Positions 18,950 to 31,342 of a stretch of DNA of 64,000 nucleotides are shown in pieces. A program made the translations under genes and the position numbers. The first letter of the stretch is position 1. Every line of letters begins with the position of its first letter. The notes below the pieces were generated by a model. It was not told where the DNA came from, did no database searches, and saw nothing but the letters and a program-made list of their open reading frames with translations. The stretch lies in NCBI RefSeq assembly GCF_056746865.1, contig NZ_CM163382.1; one strand, written 5' to 3'.

Positions 18950-19505
18950 AATAAATCCTGTACCATCGTTGGACTCTCCCTCCAAAAGTTGGACATCCAA
19001 CTGATTAAGGTTAGTTTTTATGGCAAAGCCAAAATATTTTCTCTAAACCGAATAAGCTGTAGTTAATCATTATATTGCCGGACACGATGGTACACGTCGT
19101 ACCGCTGAACGTTTTGGTGTTGAAGAAACATCAGAGCGATGCTGGGTCAAGGGCTGGCAACTCCACGGTATTGATGGTATTACATGGCAAAATGACCGCG
19201 GCTCTCCTGAGTTTCGACTGACAGTTGTCCTGAAGGTTTGAGTGAAGAACTTACCATGCGCTAGGCCACTACACAGTTTAATATATCAAATGAAACCATT
19301 ATCTGGCACTGGGTGAAGGTTTACAAAGATACTGGTGAAGAAGGACTTATGAACATAAAACCAGGCCGGAGCAAGGACATGACAAAACTGTCACGAACGG
19401 CGCAAAAGTGGCTCTTCCTTGGATGTATCTCTATATTTTCATACATCTGTTATCACTTAACCTGTTACTGTCCTTCAAACGCAGGAGATTCAGGGGGCCA
19501 GTCTA
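18950..19505. mobile_element. IS3-family (IS150-group-like) orfA remnant with frameshifts, ending in an IS2-like terminal fragment
   Basis: Fragments ...VVNHYIAGHDGTRRTAERFGVEE... and ...WVKVYKDTGEEGLMNIKPG...; GGAGATTCAGGGGGCCAGTCTA at 19483-19504 equals the IS2 end. Confidence 0.45.
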
Positions 19506-20084
19506 ACCGCTAAGAACATGTTCCCGAAAATTGAGATAAACACGTTATGACAGCAACGTAAAATAAAACAGCGTTTTTTAGTCATAATGAACATGTAGAG
19601 TCCGTTTGTTCATACTCTGTGATTATCTCCATACGTTCATCTCTGGCGCTGCCAGATAGCGTTTTCGTTCTTACAGTCAATGCGCACCCGATACTGAATA
19701 TCGGCTTTCTTCCCCCGGGCGGTGAGATGCACTGTGACTAAATTATCACCTTTACTTACCAGCTCACGAAGATTCACCCAGACAACAGGATGCTGCTGAC
19801 TGAAGATCACCTAGTCATCTTTCCAGTGAAGCACCTGTTTCTGGAGATAGTCCCGTTTGACGCTGGCTGCAACAGCCGATGATTCCTGCCCTTCACATCG
19901 TGGAAAACTGACGGTTCTGTTTTTATCAGTAGCCAGTGATGATACACAAATACCGAAGGTGAGCAGAATTGAAGAGAGTGTTTTGTTTATTTACAGAACC
20001 CCATCATGGATAGCTCATTGTATTATTACTTTACATTTTAACAACATAAAATATCACTTTCAGAAGCAACAATCACATAACTTC

Positions 20085-21197
20085 TTATCCATTATTAATC
20101 ACCTTATACAACGGGAGCATCGCCGCGCCGCATGACGCACTCTGTGCTCCCATCGAAGAGGCAGCTAACTTCACTCTGGGGCGGTTGGGATCGAGGCAGG
20201 CTTCCATCAGTTGATTCAGTTCCTGCACCAGACGACTGATAATCGGTTTCGGCATCGCGCCACCGAGTACGATGATTTGCGGGTCTACCCACTGCACACA
20301 GCTGAAGAGCGTCTGCTCCACCTGGCCACGACAGCGTTCAAACCAGCTTTCCAGCAGTGGGTGCTGCCCGGCTATCAGCTCCGGTAGCTTAGTTTCACTG
20401 AATCCTTCACGCTCCAGTGTGGCAAGCAAATCCTTATACGACGGGCGCGGTGTACCGGATGGAAACGCCATCCCGACTTCACCGGCATTGCAGAACCCGC
20501 CGCGTAGCATTTTATTCCCGGAGATAATACCCGCGCCGATACCGTAGCCAAGGTCGATAAAGGTTAGATCGCTGTACGCATTCCATTTGCCGCTGTACAG
20601 TTCACCTACCGCCGAGGCGTTGGCATTATTTTCCACCCACGTCGGCCACGGCAGGTTGTCGGCAAACGCCTGCTGGAGATCTACCTCACGCCAGCTCTCC
20701 AGCCACGGTACGCTGTGGCGCTTGCGACCATCCGCTTTCAGAAATCCGGGCACTGCATAGCCAATGCCGAGAATACGTGCGTGCTGGAGCTGGCGCTTTT
20801 TCAGCATTTTCTCCACCAAGGTTTTGATCTGCGCGAGAGAGGCCTCCAGTGGCTGATTCTCCTGATGTGCTTCGCAAAGCGACAGCAGCTGGCGACCACT
20901 GAGATCGACCACCGTCATATCGATAAAACCGGGACTGAACGACAACCCGATAGCACAACCGCCGCCGGGGTTAAGGCGCAACGGCAGCGACGGCTGGCCG
21001 CGCTGCCCGGTATTGCGCTCCCCTTCCACCACCAGGCCGGAGAACATCAGCTCTCGGCACTGTTGGGTGATCGCCCCCGCCGTCAGTCCCGACAGCCGTG
21101 CCAGTTCAGCCCGCGTCACCGGGGCGTGGAGACGGATCAGTTCCAGCAGCAGGCGCTGCGAACCACGTAGTTCAAGGCGTTCAGAGTGGGCGTTCAT
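20085..21197 (-). CDS. ROK-family transcriptional regulator (NagC/Mlc-like)
   Basis: 370 aa with N-terminal HTH and ROK sugar-kinase-like fold motifs. Confidence 0.75.
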   Translation of the reverse strand: MNAHSERLELRGSQRLLLELIRLHAPVTRAELARLSGLTAGAITQQCRELMFSGLVVEGERNTGQRGQPSLPLRLNPGGGCAIGLSFSPGFIDMTVVDLSGRQLLSLCEAHQENQPLEASLAQIKTLVEKMLKKRQLQHARILGIGYAVPGFLKADGRKRHSVPWLESWREVDLQQAFADNLPWPTWVENNANASAVGELYSGKWNAYSDLTFIDLGYGIGAGIISGNKMLRGGFCNAGEVGMAFPSGTPRPSYKDLLATLEREGFSETKLPELIAGQHPLLESWFERCRGQVEQTLFSCVQWVDPQIIVLGGAMPKPIISRLVQELNQLMEACLDPNRPRVKLAASSMGAQSASCGAAMLPLYKVINNG

Positions 21198-21212
21198 GGT
21201 GTCCTTATTTTT

Positions 21213-22043
21213 CTAGTTCCAGCGCAGGCCTGCTTCTTCAATCAGTCCCTGCAAATACGGAATATCATCGTGGCTGAGCATATCAATCAGCCCCGCCTGC
21301 ATCCAGCCGATAATCACCGGACGACTGTCACAGCCGAATTTATAGTCGTACTGCTCCAGCGGCGTCATGCCGTTTTTCATTTCATGCAGATACATCCGCA
21401 CGCCCAGTCCGGCATTTTTGTAGGCCCGCAGGTCGTCGATATGGGCGAACTCGAACTCAAAGCAGACGCATCCGGCATTGGACTGCTGTACAGCCGCAAG
21501 CTGGTTATTGTAGCGCTCCAGCGTCACCACCTGTAACGCCAGTTGCGGGATTTGCGCCTTCACCCGGTTGATCAGCACATGGTTGAAGCCCAGCAACTGG
21601 ATATGGCCGAGGGCATCCAGATGCTCATGCAGCAGTGCGACCAGCGCCGCCACAAACTCGTCATGGCGGTTGCGCTGTTTGACCTCAACAATCAGCCCCA
21701 TGCTGTTTTCCACCGCCCAGCGCAGCACGTCCGCCAGCAAGGGGATGCGCGTTCCGGCAAACGACGGATGGTATTTCACGCCAAAGTCGCACGCCAGCAG
21801 CTGCGGGTACGTCATCTGCTCCACAAATCCGTGTCCGGTGGATACCCGGTCGATACGGTGATCGTGCGTGACCACCAGTTGGTTATCCGCCGTCAGGTGG
21901 ATATCGATTTCAATACAGTGGGTTCCCGCCAGGCGGGCGGCTTCAAAGGCCGGGAATGTGTTCTCCGGCGCGCAGCTGGAATAACCTCGGTGGCTGTTGG
22001 CCAGCACGATCCCCTCTGCCGCCCGGTGAAAGTTAAACGCCAT
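21213..22043 (-). CDS. glycerophosphodiester phosphodiesterase family protein
   Basis: GP-PDE motifs HRG...PENT...EIDIHLT...HD in the 276-aa product. Confidence 0.8.
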   Translation of the reverse strand: MAFNFHRAAEGIVLANSHRGYSSCAPENTFPAFEAARLAGTHCIEIDIHLTADNQLVVTHDHRIDRVSTGHGFVEQMTYPQLLACDFGVKYHPSFAGTRIPLLADVLRWAVENSMGLIVEVKQRNRHDEFVAALVALLHEHLDALGHIQLLGFNHVLINRVKAQIPQLALQVVTLERYNNQLAAVQQSNAGCVCFEFEFAHIDDLRAYKNAGLGVRMYLHEMKNGMTPLEQYDYKFGCDSRPVIIGWMQAGLIDMLSHDDIPYLQGLIEEAGLRWN

Positions 22044-22258
22044 CTTCTTTTCCTCTCGAATGTAAGATGGTAATTAACTTTACTACTTAAATTTAAATGT
22101 GAAAGATGTTTTTGTTATTTTATGGTTAACCCATTGTTTTATATGCTTTTAATTTGATATTTAGATCATTTTTTAGCTTTAAGGATCTGTGTCACATAAA
22201 TTTAATGTTTAGTATGTAAATTTAATAATCATCTTTTTAACCGATGGAAGAGAGACTC

Positions 22259-23326
22259 ATGTCAAAACTGGTTCTGGAACAGGTGACCAAAACCTTCGGC
22301 GAATTCTATGCCGCCAGAGAAATCTCGTTCTGCGCCGAAGAGGGGGAGTTCGTGACCCTGCTTGGGCCGAGCGGCTGCGGTAAAACCACCCTGCTGAAAA
22401 TGATCGGCGGTTTTCACCAGCCGGACAGCGGACGCATTCTTATTGGCGATAAAACGGTCAACGCCCTGCCGCCAGAAAAGCGCAATACCGCCATGTGTTT
22501 CCAGTCCTATGCGCTGTTTCCGCACCTCAACGTGGCACACAACATCTGCTTCGGCCTGAAGCAGAAAAAAGTCGCTATCAGTGAACAGCAGGACCGGCTG
22601 ACGGAGGCGCTGAAGCAGGTGGGGCTGGAGAGCCAGCGCCTGAAAATGCCCGCCCAGCTCTCCGGCGGCCAGCAGCAGCGCGTGGCGCTGGCGCGGGCGA
22701 TGATCACCCGCCCGGACGTGATCCTGTTCGACGAACCTCTCTCCAACCTTGATGCCAAGCTGCGCGAAAGCGTGCGTTTTGAAATCAAGGAACTCCAGCG
22801 GCAGTATCAGCTCACCTCGATCTACGTCACACACGACCAGGCGGAAGCGCTGGCGATGTCGGATAAAATTGTGGTGCTGAACGCCGGTAATGTTGAGCAA
22901 ATAGGCAAACCGGAAGAGATTTACTACCGTCCGGCCAACCGCTTTGTGGCCGACTTTATCGGCGCGGCCAATATCGACACCGCGCAGGTCACGCCCTCAG
23001 AGCAGCCGGGCTATTACCGGGTACGCTGTGCCCTCGGCGAGTTTTATGTGCATTCCGTACAGCCGCCACGCACAGAGCACTGCTATATCTGCTGGCGACC
23101 GGAAGATGCGCAGTATGTCAGCCAGCCTCAGGCAGGCAACAACCACTTCTCCCTGACGCTCGACAAAATGGCCTTTATGGGCAACCTCACCGAAGCCTGG
23201 GGCCACAACGACAGCGGGTTATCGGTCCGCTTACAGCTAATTAAAAAGCCGCCCGTCGCCCCCGGCGAGAGTGCCTGCTTCCGTCTGGCGGAAAACGCCA
23301 TCCATTTTCTGGAGCCGGTATCATGA
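22259..23326 (+). CDS. ABC transporter ATP-binding protein (PotA/FbpC/MalK type)
   Basis: Walker [10 protein letters not shown], signature [14 protein letters not shown], Walker [12 protein letters not shown]. Confidence 0.85.
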   Translation: MSKLVLEQVTKTFGEFYAAREISFCAEEGEFVTLLGPSGCGKTTLLKMIGGFHQPDSGRILIGDKTVNALPPEKRNTAMCFQSYALFPHLNVAHNICFGLKQKKVAISEQQDRLTEALKQVGLESQRLKMPAQLSGGQQQRVALARAMITRPDVILFDEPLSNLDAKLRESVRFEIKELQRQYQLTSIYVTHDQAEALAMSDKIVVLNAGNVEQIGKPEEIYYRPANRFVADFIGAANIDTAQVTPSEQPGYYRVRCALGEFYVHSVQPPRTEHCYICWRPEDAQYVSQPQAGNNHFSLTLDKMAFMGNLTEAWGHNDSGLSVRLQLIKKPPVAPGESACFRLAENAIHFLEPVS

Positions 23327-24189
23327 AAAACTGGCGCAATGATGCGGTCGCCTGGCTGCTGATGCTCAGCGGGCTGGGCACGATCCTACTACTGATGGGA
23401 TCGACGTTTTATGTGGTGATCGTCCAGAGCCTGGGCTGGTTCAACATCGAAGGCGACAGCAATTTCTCGCTGGAATACTGGCGCAATATGTTGCAGGACG
23501 AAGTGTTGCAAAGCGCCCTGTTCTACTCAGTGAAAGTGTCACTGCTGGGGGCGTTCGGCTCGGTGATTTTCGCCTATCCGCTGGCGCTGTGGCTGCGTAA
23601 ACCGATGGCCTATAAAGAGGGCATTATCGCGGTGCTGCGTGCGCCGATGTTTATCCCCGGTCTGGTGGCGGCGTTTCTGTTCGTCAATATCGTCGCTTAT
23701 CACGGCATTATCAACGAACTGCTGCTGGCGCTGGGGATTATCAGCGAGCCGCTGCGGATGCAGAACGATGACTTCGGCTGGGGCGTGGTTATCCTGCAAA
23801 TCTGGAAAAACCTGCCCTTCGCCCTGATCCTCGTCGGCGGCGCAGTCAACGCCATCCGTAACGACGTGCTGGACGCCGCCAGCAATCTCGGTGCCAGCCG
23901 CTGGCGCAGTTTTACCGGCGTGGTGGTGCCGCTGACGCTGCCCGCCGTGCAGGTGACGCTGATTCTGGTATTTATCGGCGCGCTGGGCGACTTCGCCTTC
24001 TTCTCGGTGGCCGGGCCACGCAACACCTACTCGCTGGCGCGGCTGATGCAGGCCACCGCCATGGAGTACGGCGAGTGGAATAACGCGGCGGTGATTGCGG
24101 TGATCATTATGGTCACGGCGGCCATCTGCACGTTGCTGATTGCCACACTGATTACCCCGTTCGCCACCCGCAAAGGAGAGGTCAAATGA
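23323..24189 (+). CDS. ABC transporter permease
   Basis: 288-aa polytopic membrane protein; start overlaps ATPase stop. Confidence 0.8.
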   Translation: MKNWRNDAVAWLLMLSGLGTILLLMGSTFYVVIVQSLGWFNIEGDSNFSLEYWRNMLQDEVLQSALFYSVKVSLLGAFGSVIFAYPLALWLRKPMAYKEGIIAVLRAPMFIPGLVAAFLFVNIVAYHGIINELLLALGIISEPLRMQNDDFGWGVVILQIWKNLPFALILVGGAVNAIRNDVLDAASNLGASRWRSFTGVVVPLTLPAVQVTLILVFIGALGDFAFFSVAGPRNTYSLARLMQATAMEYGEWNNAAVIAVIIMVTAAICTLLIATLITPFATRKGEVK

Positions 24190-25022
24190 GCCACACTGCC
24201 AACGGTCGCCGGGTGGTGACGATTTCGCTGATCTTCTTCGTGGTCGCTAATCTGATCTGGCTGGGTATGCCGTTCGGCATGGCGATCCTCTGGTCGCTGG
24301 TTGACCCGGCCCATCCGTGGAGCTACCCGGATATCTTCCCGCCGGTGCTGTCGTTCAGCCGCTGGCTGCTGGTATGGGAAAAGACTTCGCTTTCCGAGGC
24401 GCTGTTCAACAGCTACACCATTGCGCCTGCGGTAGCGGTCGCCAGCCTGCTGCTGTCGCTACCCACCGCGTATGCCTTCGGGCGCATGACCTTTCGCGGT
24501 AAGGCGGTGGCGGAGATGCTGACGCTGATCCCGCTGGTGATGCCGGGGATGCTGATCGGGATTTTTTTCAGCGCCATGCTGATCAACCTCAATATCGACA
24601 ACGCGTTTATCAGCATTGTTATCGGCCATACGGTACTGACGCTACCCTATTCGATCCGCATTATGTCTGCGGGGTTTAAGTCTGTGCCGCAGGATCTGAT
24701 CGACGCCAGCCGCGACCTGGGCTCCGGCGCGTGGGACACCTTCTGCAATGCCTATCTGCCGCTGTTAAAACCGAGCTTCCTGGCGGCGCTGATTTTTTGT
24801 CTGGTGCGAAGCCTGGAAGAGTTCGGCATCTCATACGTGCTGGGCGCGCCGGACTTTATCACCGTTCCGACCATTCTTTACTCTTTCCTTGGCTACTCCT
24901 TCGTCCGCCCGGATGCGGCGGTGGTGTCGATGATTCTGGTGATCCCCAATGTCATCCTGATGGTCATCATTGAGAAGTTGCTGAAGGGGAACTATCTGTC
25001 GCAATCCACGGGAAAAGCCTGA
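24186..25022 (+). CDS. ABC transporter permease
   Basis: 278-aa polytopic membrane protein; overlapping start. Confidence 0.8.
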   Translation: MSHTANGRRVVTISLIFFVVANLIWLGMPFGMAILWSLVDPAHPWSYPDIFPPVLSFSRWLLVWEKTSLSEALFNSYTIAPAVAVASLLLSLPTAYAFGRMTFRGKAVAEMLTLIPLVMPGMLIGIFFSAMLINLNIDNAFISIVIGHTVLTLPYSIRIMSAGFKSVPQDLIDASRDLGSGAWDTFCNAYLPLLKPSFLAALIFCLVRSLEEFGISYVLGAPDFITVPTILYSFLGYSFVRPDAAVVSMILVIPNVILMVIIEKLLKGNYLSQSTGKA

Positions 25023-25043
25023 CCTTTTACAGGAGATAATGTG

Positions 25044-26120
25044 ATGAAAAAAACAGTGATGATTCTGGCGGGCGGCCTGCTGTGCAGCTCGCTGGCAACG
25101 GCGGCGGATAGCCCCGACCTGATTGCCCAAGCGAAAAAAGAGGGCAGCGTGACCTTTAACGTCTGGTACTTACAGCCGCAGTGGCGCAGCTTTGTGAAGG
25201 ATTTTGAGCAGCAGTACGGCGTTAAGGTGCGCATCCCGGAAGGGAATATCGACGGAAACGTGAACAAGTTGCTGGCAGAAGCGGGGAAAAAAAGGGGTAA
25301 AATAGATGTTATCGCCTTGTCTGTTGCGCAACTGCCAGTGGCAATGGGAGCGAAAGCGCTGGCGAAGGTGGACGATTTGCCGGGCTATGGCGACGCCATT
25401 CACCAGATTCAGAACGTTGACACCCAGGGTTATGCCGTGGCGTTCTGGGGCAACCAGACCGGATTTGCTTACGACCCGCAGCAGATGGGTGACCGGGCGC
25501 TGCCACAAACGCTGGAGCAGTTGCAGAGCTTTATCGACGCCAACCCGAAAAAGTTCGGCTATAACGACCCGAACAACGGCGGCGCGGGGGAAGCCTTTAT
25601 CCAGCGCATCGTCACTACTCAGGGCGACACGTTTAACAGCGAAGCGGAGAGCGTTGACCCGGCAGTGGTGAAAAACTGGCAGAAAGGCTGGCAGTGGTTT
25701 GCTGCTAATAAGGACAAAATTACCCGCACGGCCTCCGGTGCTGATAGTCTGACACGCCTGAATGACGGCGAGCTGATGCTGACACCATCCTGGGAAGACC
25801 ATCTTGTCGGACTACAAAAAACCGGGGCTATCAATTCGCGGCTGAAATTTTACGTACCGGAGTTTGGCATGCCTGGCGGCGGTAACATCGCTGCCATTGC
25901 CGCCAACAGCCCACATCCGGCGGCATCACGCTTATTCCTCAACTGGCTGATTCAGCCTGAAACGCAACATGCACTGAGTAAAGTCTTCGGCTCCACGCCG
26001 ATGAACAAACAGCTCCGTCCGGATCTGAATGAGATCCCGGAGCCCACGGTGGAGTTTTATGGCAAAGCGTACAGTACACAGCTCAAAAAAGATTTCGTTC
26101 GTGAGGTCATGATGCAGTAA
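25044..26120 (+). CDS. ABC transporter periplasmic substrate-binding protein
   Basis: Signal peptide MKKTVMILAGGLLCSSLATA; size and position fit a solute-binding protein; substrate unknown. Confidence 0.7.
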   Translation: MKKTVMILAGGLLCSSLATAADSPDLIAQAKKEGSVTFNVWYLQPQWRSFVKDFEQQYGVKVRIPEGNIDGNVNKLLAEAGKKRGKIDVIALSVAQLPVAMGAKALAKVDDLPGYGDAIHQIQNVDTQGYAVAFWGNQTGFAYDPQQMGDRALPQTLEQLQSFIDANPKKFGYNDPNNGGAGEAFIQRIVTTQGDTFNSEAESVDPAVVKNWQKGWQWFAANKDKITRTASGADSLTRLNDGELMLTPSWEDHLVGLQKTGAINSRLKFYVPEFGMPGGGNIAAIAANSPHPAASRLFLNWLIQPETQHALSKVFGSTPMNKQLRPDLNEIPEPTVEFYGKAYSTQLKKDFVREVMMQ

Positions 26121-26215
26121 GCTTCATTTCGCGCACAGCCATCCCCCTGAAATCTGGCTGACTGTTATTTCGCAACAGTTATTGAGTAAATCTTTAACCT
26201 GTTAACAGAGGGTTT

Positions 26216-26740
26216 ATGAAACGTAAACTTATTGCCTTTGTGATTCTGGCTACATCATCCTGTGGATATGCAGCCACCAAAGATGTAACAATGAATCTTG
26301 TTGATAGTGACGGAAAAGAGCGAAATATTGGTAAAATAACCATCCAGAAGACACCCTACGGGCTGCTGTTCACCCCTGATCTTCACTCCTTACCCGCCGG
26401 CATTCATGGTTTTCATGTACATGAAAACGCAAGTTGTGCTCCTGCCCTGAAAGATGGAAAAACTGTCGCTGCTTTATCTGCAGGTGGTCACTTTGACCCG
26501 GAAAAAACAGGGAAGCATCTCGGTCCATGGTCTCCTGATGGCCACCTGGGTGATCTCCCTGCGCTTTATGTCACTCATGACGGAAAAGCAACCTACCCGG
26601 TGCTTGCGCCAAGACTATCTGAATTAAAGGAGCTCGATGGCCGTTCGCTAATGCTCCACGCAGGAGGTGATAATCATGATGACCATCCTGAACCTCTAGG
26701 TGGCGGTGGTGCAAGAATTGCCTGTGGTATCATCCCATAA
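26216..26740 (+). CDS. sodC: periplasmic Cu/Zn superoxide dismutase
   Basis: Signal peptide plus Cu/Zn-SOD motifs [12 protein letters not shown] and [12 protein letters not shown]. Confidence 0.85.
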   Translation: MKRKLIAFVILATSSCGYAATKDVTMNLVDSDGKERNIGKITIQKTPYGLLFTPDLHSLPAGIHGFHVHENASCAPALKDGKTVAALSAGGHFDPEKTGKHLGPWSPDGHLGDLPALYVTHDGKATYPVLAPRLSELKELDGRSLMLHAGGDNHDDHPEPLGGGGARIACGIIP

Positions 26741-26868
26741 TCAATCAGGTAAGGGATATCCTCCCTTACCCTTAATCTTCCCTGGCTGCATGTGCATATC
26801 TTTCAGTTACTGTGAGATACCTGTATTACGGTGTCTTTTTAGCTCACAGAAATATCAGACAGCCCGTT

Positions 26869-27093
26869 TCAGTGTTTTATTACCTTAATCTTTTTACGGC
26901 ATTCTTCAGCTCTTGCGCATGCTATTTTTTCACCTGTTTCATAACATTGCTGGCAGCCTAATCCAAATTTCATCGCCATATCATAACCTTCCCGAAAACC
27001 TCGGAACCACGCGTTACGAAGGTATTCATCATATTCCCCGCAGTCAATAATAACCATTTTATTTTCATGGGATTTTCCGGTATTCTCACTCAT
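26869..27093 (-). CDS. hypothetical small Cys-containing protein (74 aa)
   Basis: ATG at 27093 with GAGG RBS; five Cys; no family recognised. Confidence 0.3.
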   Translation of the reverse strand: MSENTGKSHENKMVIIDCGEYDEYLRNAWFRGFREGYDMAMKFGLGCQQCYETGEKIACARAEECRKKIKVIKH

Positions 27094-27907
27094 TTTCGAT
27101 ACCTCAATGCTTACAACAGAAAAGTATACTTTTACGAAGTTCGCCTTTGCAGGACTATATAAAGTTATCACTGGATGCAAGAGCCGGAAATCCTGTATAT
27201 CAGGATCAACTTTGTAATTCAATAACATATTATCCAGTGAAAAAGTAAGTATATTTAAGCTGGGGAAGGAGAAGGGGGACTTGATTTGATATTTTCATCA
27301 ATAATATTATTTTTCCTCCTCCATTATTCATTCAGACCTGGTTCCGGGCGTAATTCCGATTTCTCTGTTGAAGCGATGCATTTATATTTAAATATTCACC
27401 TGTCATTGAATTTTATTTGAAATAGGAGAAAATCTCCTCCTGTACTACAGATAACCCGGAATGTTCCTCGAAAGAAAATTCTGGCGCAGAATTCACGCCC
27501 GGTTCTGTTCAACATCATGCAGGATAACGATACCGAAACGTTAAACTCTGGCAATTCTCGTGTTATACACAGGCAGGAGTGATTACTACGGTAAGAATTG
27601 CTGAAAAGGGGAGAACACTGAAGGCCTTATTCGCGAAGAATAAAGGAGACATTTCATGTAAATTATTATCAGAGATAACCTTCTCCAGGCGCTTTTGTTC
27701 GCTTCCTGAATTGCTACCTGATACATATTTACGGGATGCCAGCCTGGTGACTATAACTCCGAAAAGACCGATTATTGTATTGCGTGCATCCGGCATGTTT
27801 ACAATGTACGCTGGTATCTAACGGAGTCTGACACAGATGCACGCAGGTGTATATTTTAACGTAATTATCCGGAAAGAACAGTATATTTTAATGCGGGAGT
27901 TGCATGA

Positions 27908-28800
<893 letters not shown>

Positions 28801-29334
28801 ATTGAGCACTGCAGTGTTCAGAGCACAAAGAAGAAAAAAGATGTGTGCGAATGCCTGTAATGTGTTAAAAGAATGTTCCGCGTTTCCGGTACGCTTTTCG
28901 TAACTAACAATGCAGGGTGACGTAACGCTGGTTGTGCCGGAAACGCGTCCCTCCCCCTATCTTTCCTGTTTGGATTTGCCCCTATATTTCTGGATTATCC
29001 GACAAAACCGGCGTGAAGTATTACTCTCGTCGCCCAGCACCATAAGGATAACGCCCATAAAATCATGAAACTTTTCTTCCAGATTGGATACAATCAGGCC
29101 GAAACGGTGATGAATATTATCCAAATCTGATGGTTCGTAGCGTTTTCAGCCCCCAGATTCTGAGTTGCCTGTAGGGATGATTTCAATTCCCGATTTGTCT
29201 ATCGCATAGAGAAAAAGAATTTCATTTCTGTTCACCAGAACCCATGTAACCCACTCCAATTCGTTATTTATCTCACTGATTGCCCTTCATTTATCTCATT
29301 GATGCACCGAAAGGTAAAACTGCCATCCGGTGCA

Positions 29335-30264
29335 TCACGCTCGATGCATCAAATCCTGATAAATCCCCGTCAGTATTCCTTGTAAGCTAAATTCTCTTTT
29401 TATCCACTGAGTGACTTGACCGCTTGCCGAATGCCTGGTTGCCAACAGCATTCGTGAATCCTGACGTGGGTTGCGGATCTGCCGTGTCACCAGCAATGAC
29501 TTTTCCATCGCTTCACGCACCATATAGTCTGGCAGAAAACCGATTCCCTCCCCCAGGATCTGGCACTGAAGCTTAGTATTAAAGTCGGGAACCAGAATCG
29601 ACTCTTGCCCGTGTAACAGCCAGCCGACTTTTTTGTTTATAGTGTTTGCAGTGTCTTCCACCATGATGTTCGGGTACAGACGTAACTGACTCTCAGAAAT
29701 GGGCTCAGGAATAAACGCCAGCGGATGATCCGGAGAAATCGCGAACAACCAACGAATCATGCCGATTTCAATGTAATCAATTCCACCACCGTCCAGTAAC
29801 GTATCGGGCGCGCCAATGGCGATATCAGCCTGGTTATTAATGAGTGAATCCCAGACGCCATTATACACCTCTGTAGTAATAGCTATCTGGCAGGTTGGAA
29901 AGTGTTCCCTGAGCACTTGCAGAAGCCGAGCTGTATGCTGAGGGGTATACAACAGTTGATTAATACAAATGCGCACCCGGGATTTAATTCCCTGAGCGAT
30001 GGCATCAACTCTACGTATGATGGAGTGGTAATCGTTGAGCAGGTCAGTTGCTTTGCAAAAAAGGTAGTGCCCGGGCTCGGTCAGCTCAATGCTACGGGTA
30101 GTTCGGGTAAAAAGCACCACGTCAAGCCCCATTTCCATACGCTTGATAGTGTAACTAATTGCCGATGTGGTTAAGCCCAGTTCCTTCGCCGCCTTGCTGA
30201 AACTTCTATAGCGGGCAGCCATAGTAAATGCCAGTAAGTTTTCTTCCGTAAATATTGAATTCAT
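29335..30264 (-). CDS. LysR-family transcriptional regulator (AllS/YahB-like)
   Basis: LysR HTH (FTMAARYRSFSKAAKELGLTTSAISYTIKRME) and substrate-binding domain; divergent from the yah-like operon. Confidence 0.75.
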   Translation of the reverse strand: MNSIFTEENLLAFTMAARYRSFSKAAKELGLTTSAISYTIKRMEMGLDVVLFTRTTRSIELTEPGHYLFCKATDLLNDYHSIIRRVDAIAQGIKSRVRICINQLLYTPQHTARLLQVLREHFPTCQIAITTEVYNGVWDSLINNQADIAIGAPDTLLDGGGIDYIEIGMIRWLFAISPDHPLAFIPEPISESQLRLYPNIMVEDTANTINKKVGWLLHGQESILVPDFNTKLQCQILGEGIGFLPDYMVREAMEKSLLVTRQIRNPRQDSRMLLATRHSASGQVTQWIKREFSLQGILTGIYQDLMHRA

Positions 30265-30651
30265 CTTTCTTTCCTCTGGCGACAATACACATACACAACA
30301 TGATGATTGTTGAATGTATTTGTAATTCTTATAACCGACAATCAGTTTTGAAAAAATTAACACCGTATTTACATTTAATTTGAAGGAAATCACACATCTG
30401 AATTTTAATTACAGGCAGCTATCCGTGCTGCAGACCACCTTTATTTATATGACTGCGGATTAATGGCTAAAATATCCCCAGCTATAATAGAAATATTGCA
30501 CTATATCACACTCTCTTATTATTGTTAATTTTGTTTCAATAATTCATGGTCTAATGATGAGTAAATTTTAAATGGATGGTGCTCTATGCATTCTGTTGCT
30601 ATTCTTGGCTTGTTATATTTGTAAAATCTTAAAAAGAGCAGGAGATCGATT

Positions 30652-31257
30652 ATGTCCAATAAAGAACTCATTACAGAATTTCTGCTGGCGGCAGAACAAG
30701 GTAATTCCGATGGATTAAAATCATGCCTTGATAAAAAGGTTGATATTAATGCGACTAACCGCGAGGGGCGTACTGCAATTATTATTGCCAGTCTGAATAA
30801 ACATTATGACTGCGTTTCTTTATTGATTTCCGCAGGTGCTGATATTAATAAACAAGATCAAACTTGTTTTAATCCCTTCCTGATTGGCTGCCTGAATAAT
30901 GATTTAACACTGTTGCGTACGGTATTACCGGCTAACCCCGACCTTAATTGCCTAACCCGTTTTGGCGGTGTTGGTATTACACCTGCCTGCGAAAAAGGCC
31001 ATGTCGAGATTGTACGTGAATTGCTGATGCGTACTGATATCAATGTCAACCATACTAATTTTGTTGGCTGGACGCCGCTCCTAGAGGCCATCGTGCTGAA
31101 TGACGGCGGTGAAAAGCAGCAGGAGATCGTCAAACTGTTGCTTGAGCATGGCGCAAACCCGCACATGACGGATAAATACGGTAAAACCCCGCTGGAGCTG
31201 GCGCGAGAAAAAGGCTACCACAAAATTGCCGAGTTGCTGATTTCGGCTGGAGCCTGA
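30652..31257 (+). CDS. ankyrin-repeat protein (YahD-like)
   Basis: 201 aa with ankyrin repeats (GRTAIIIASLNKHYDCVSLLISAGADIN; GWTPLLEAI; GKTPLELAREKGYHKIAELLISAGA). Confidence 0.8.
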   Translation: MSNKELITEFLLAAEQGNSDGLKSCLDKKVDINATNREGRTAIIIASLNKHYDCVSLLISAGADINKQDQTCFNPFLIGCLNNDLTLLRTVLPANPDLNCLTRFGGVGITPACEKGHVEIVRELLMRTDINVNHTNFVGWTPLLEAIVLNDGGEKQQEIVKLLLEHGANPHMTDKYGKTPLELAREKGYHKIAELLISAGA

Positions 31258-31342
31258 CAACAGGAGCACGATTATCGCTATATTATCACGGCAATCTTTT
31301 CGGGCACTAACCGCAGACTGCGCGTTTCTCACTTTTCGGGGA

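Noticed and set aside
19560-19990. Minus-strand frame resembling a small lipoprotein (…LLTFGICVSSLATDKNR…)
   Set aside because: No in-frame start codon and an internal stop; at best a decayed pseudogene; not enough evidence to annotate
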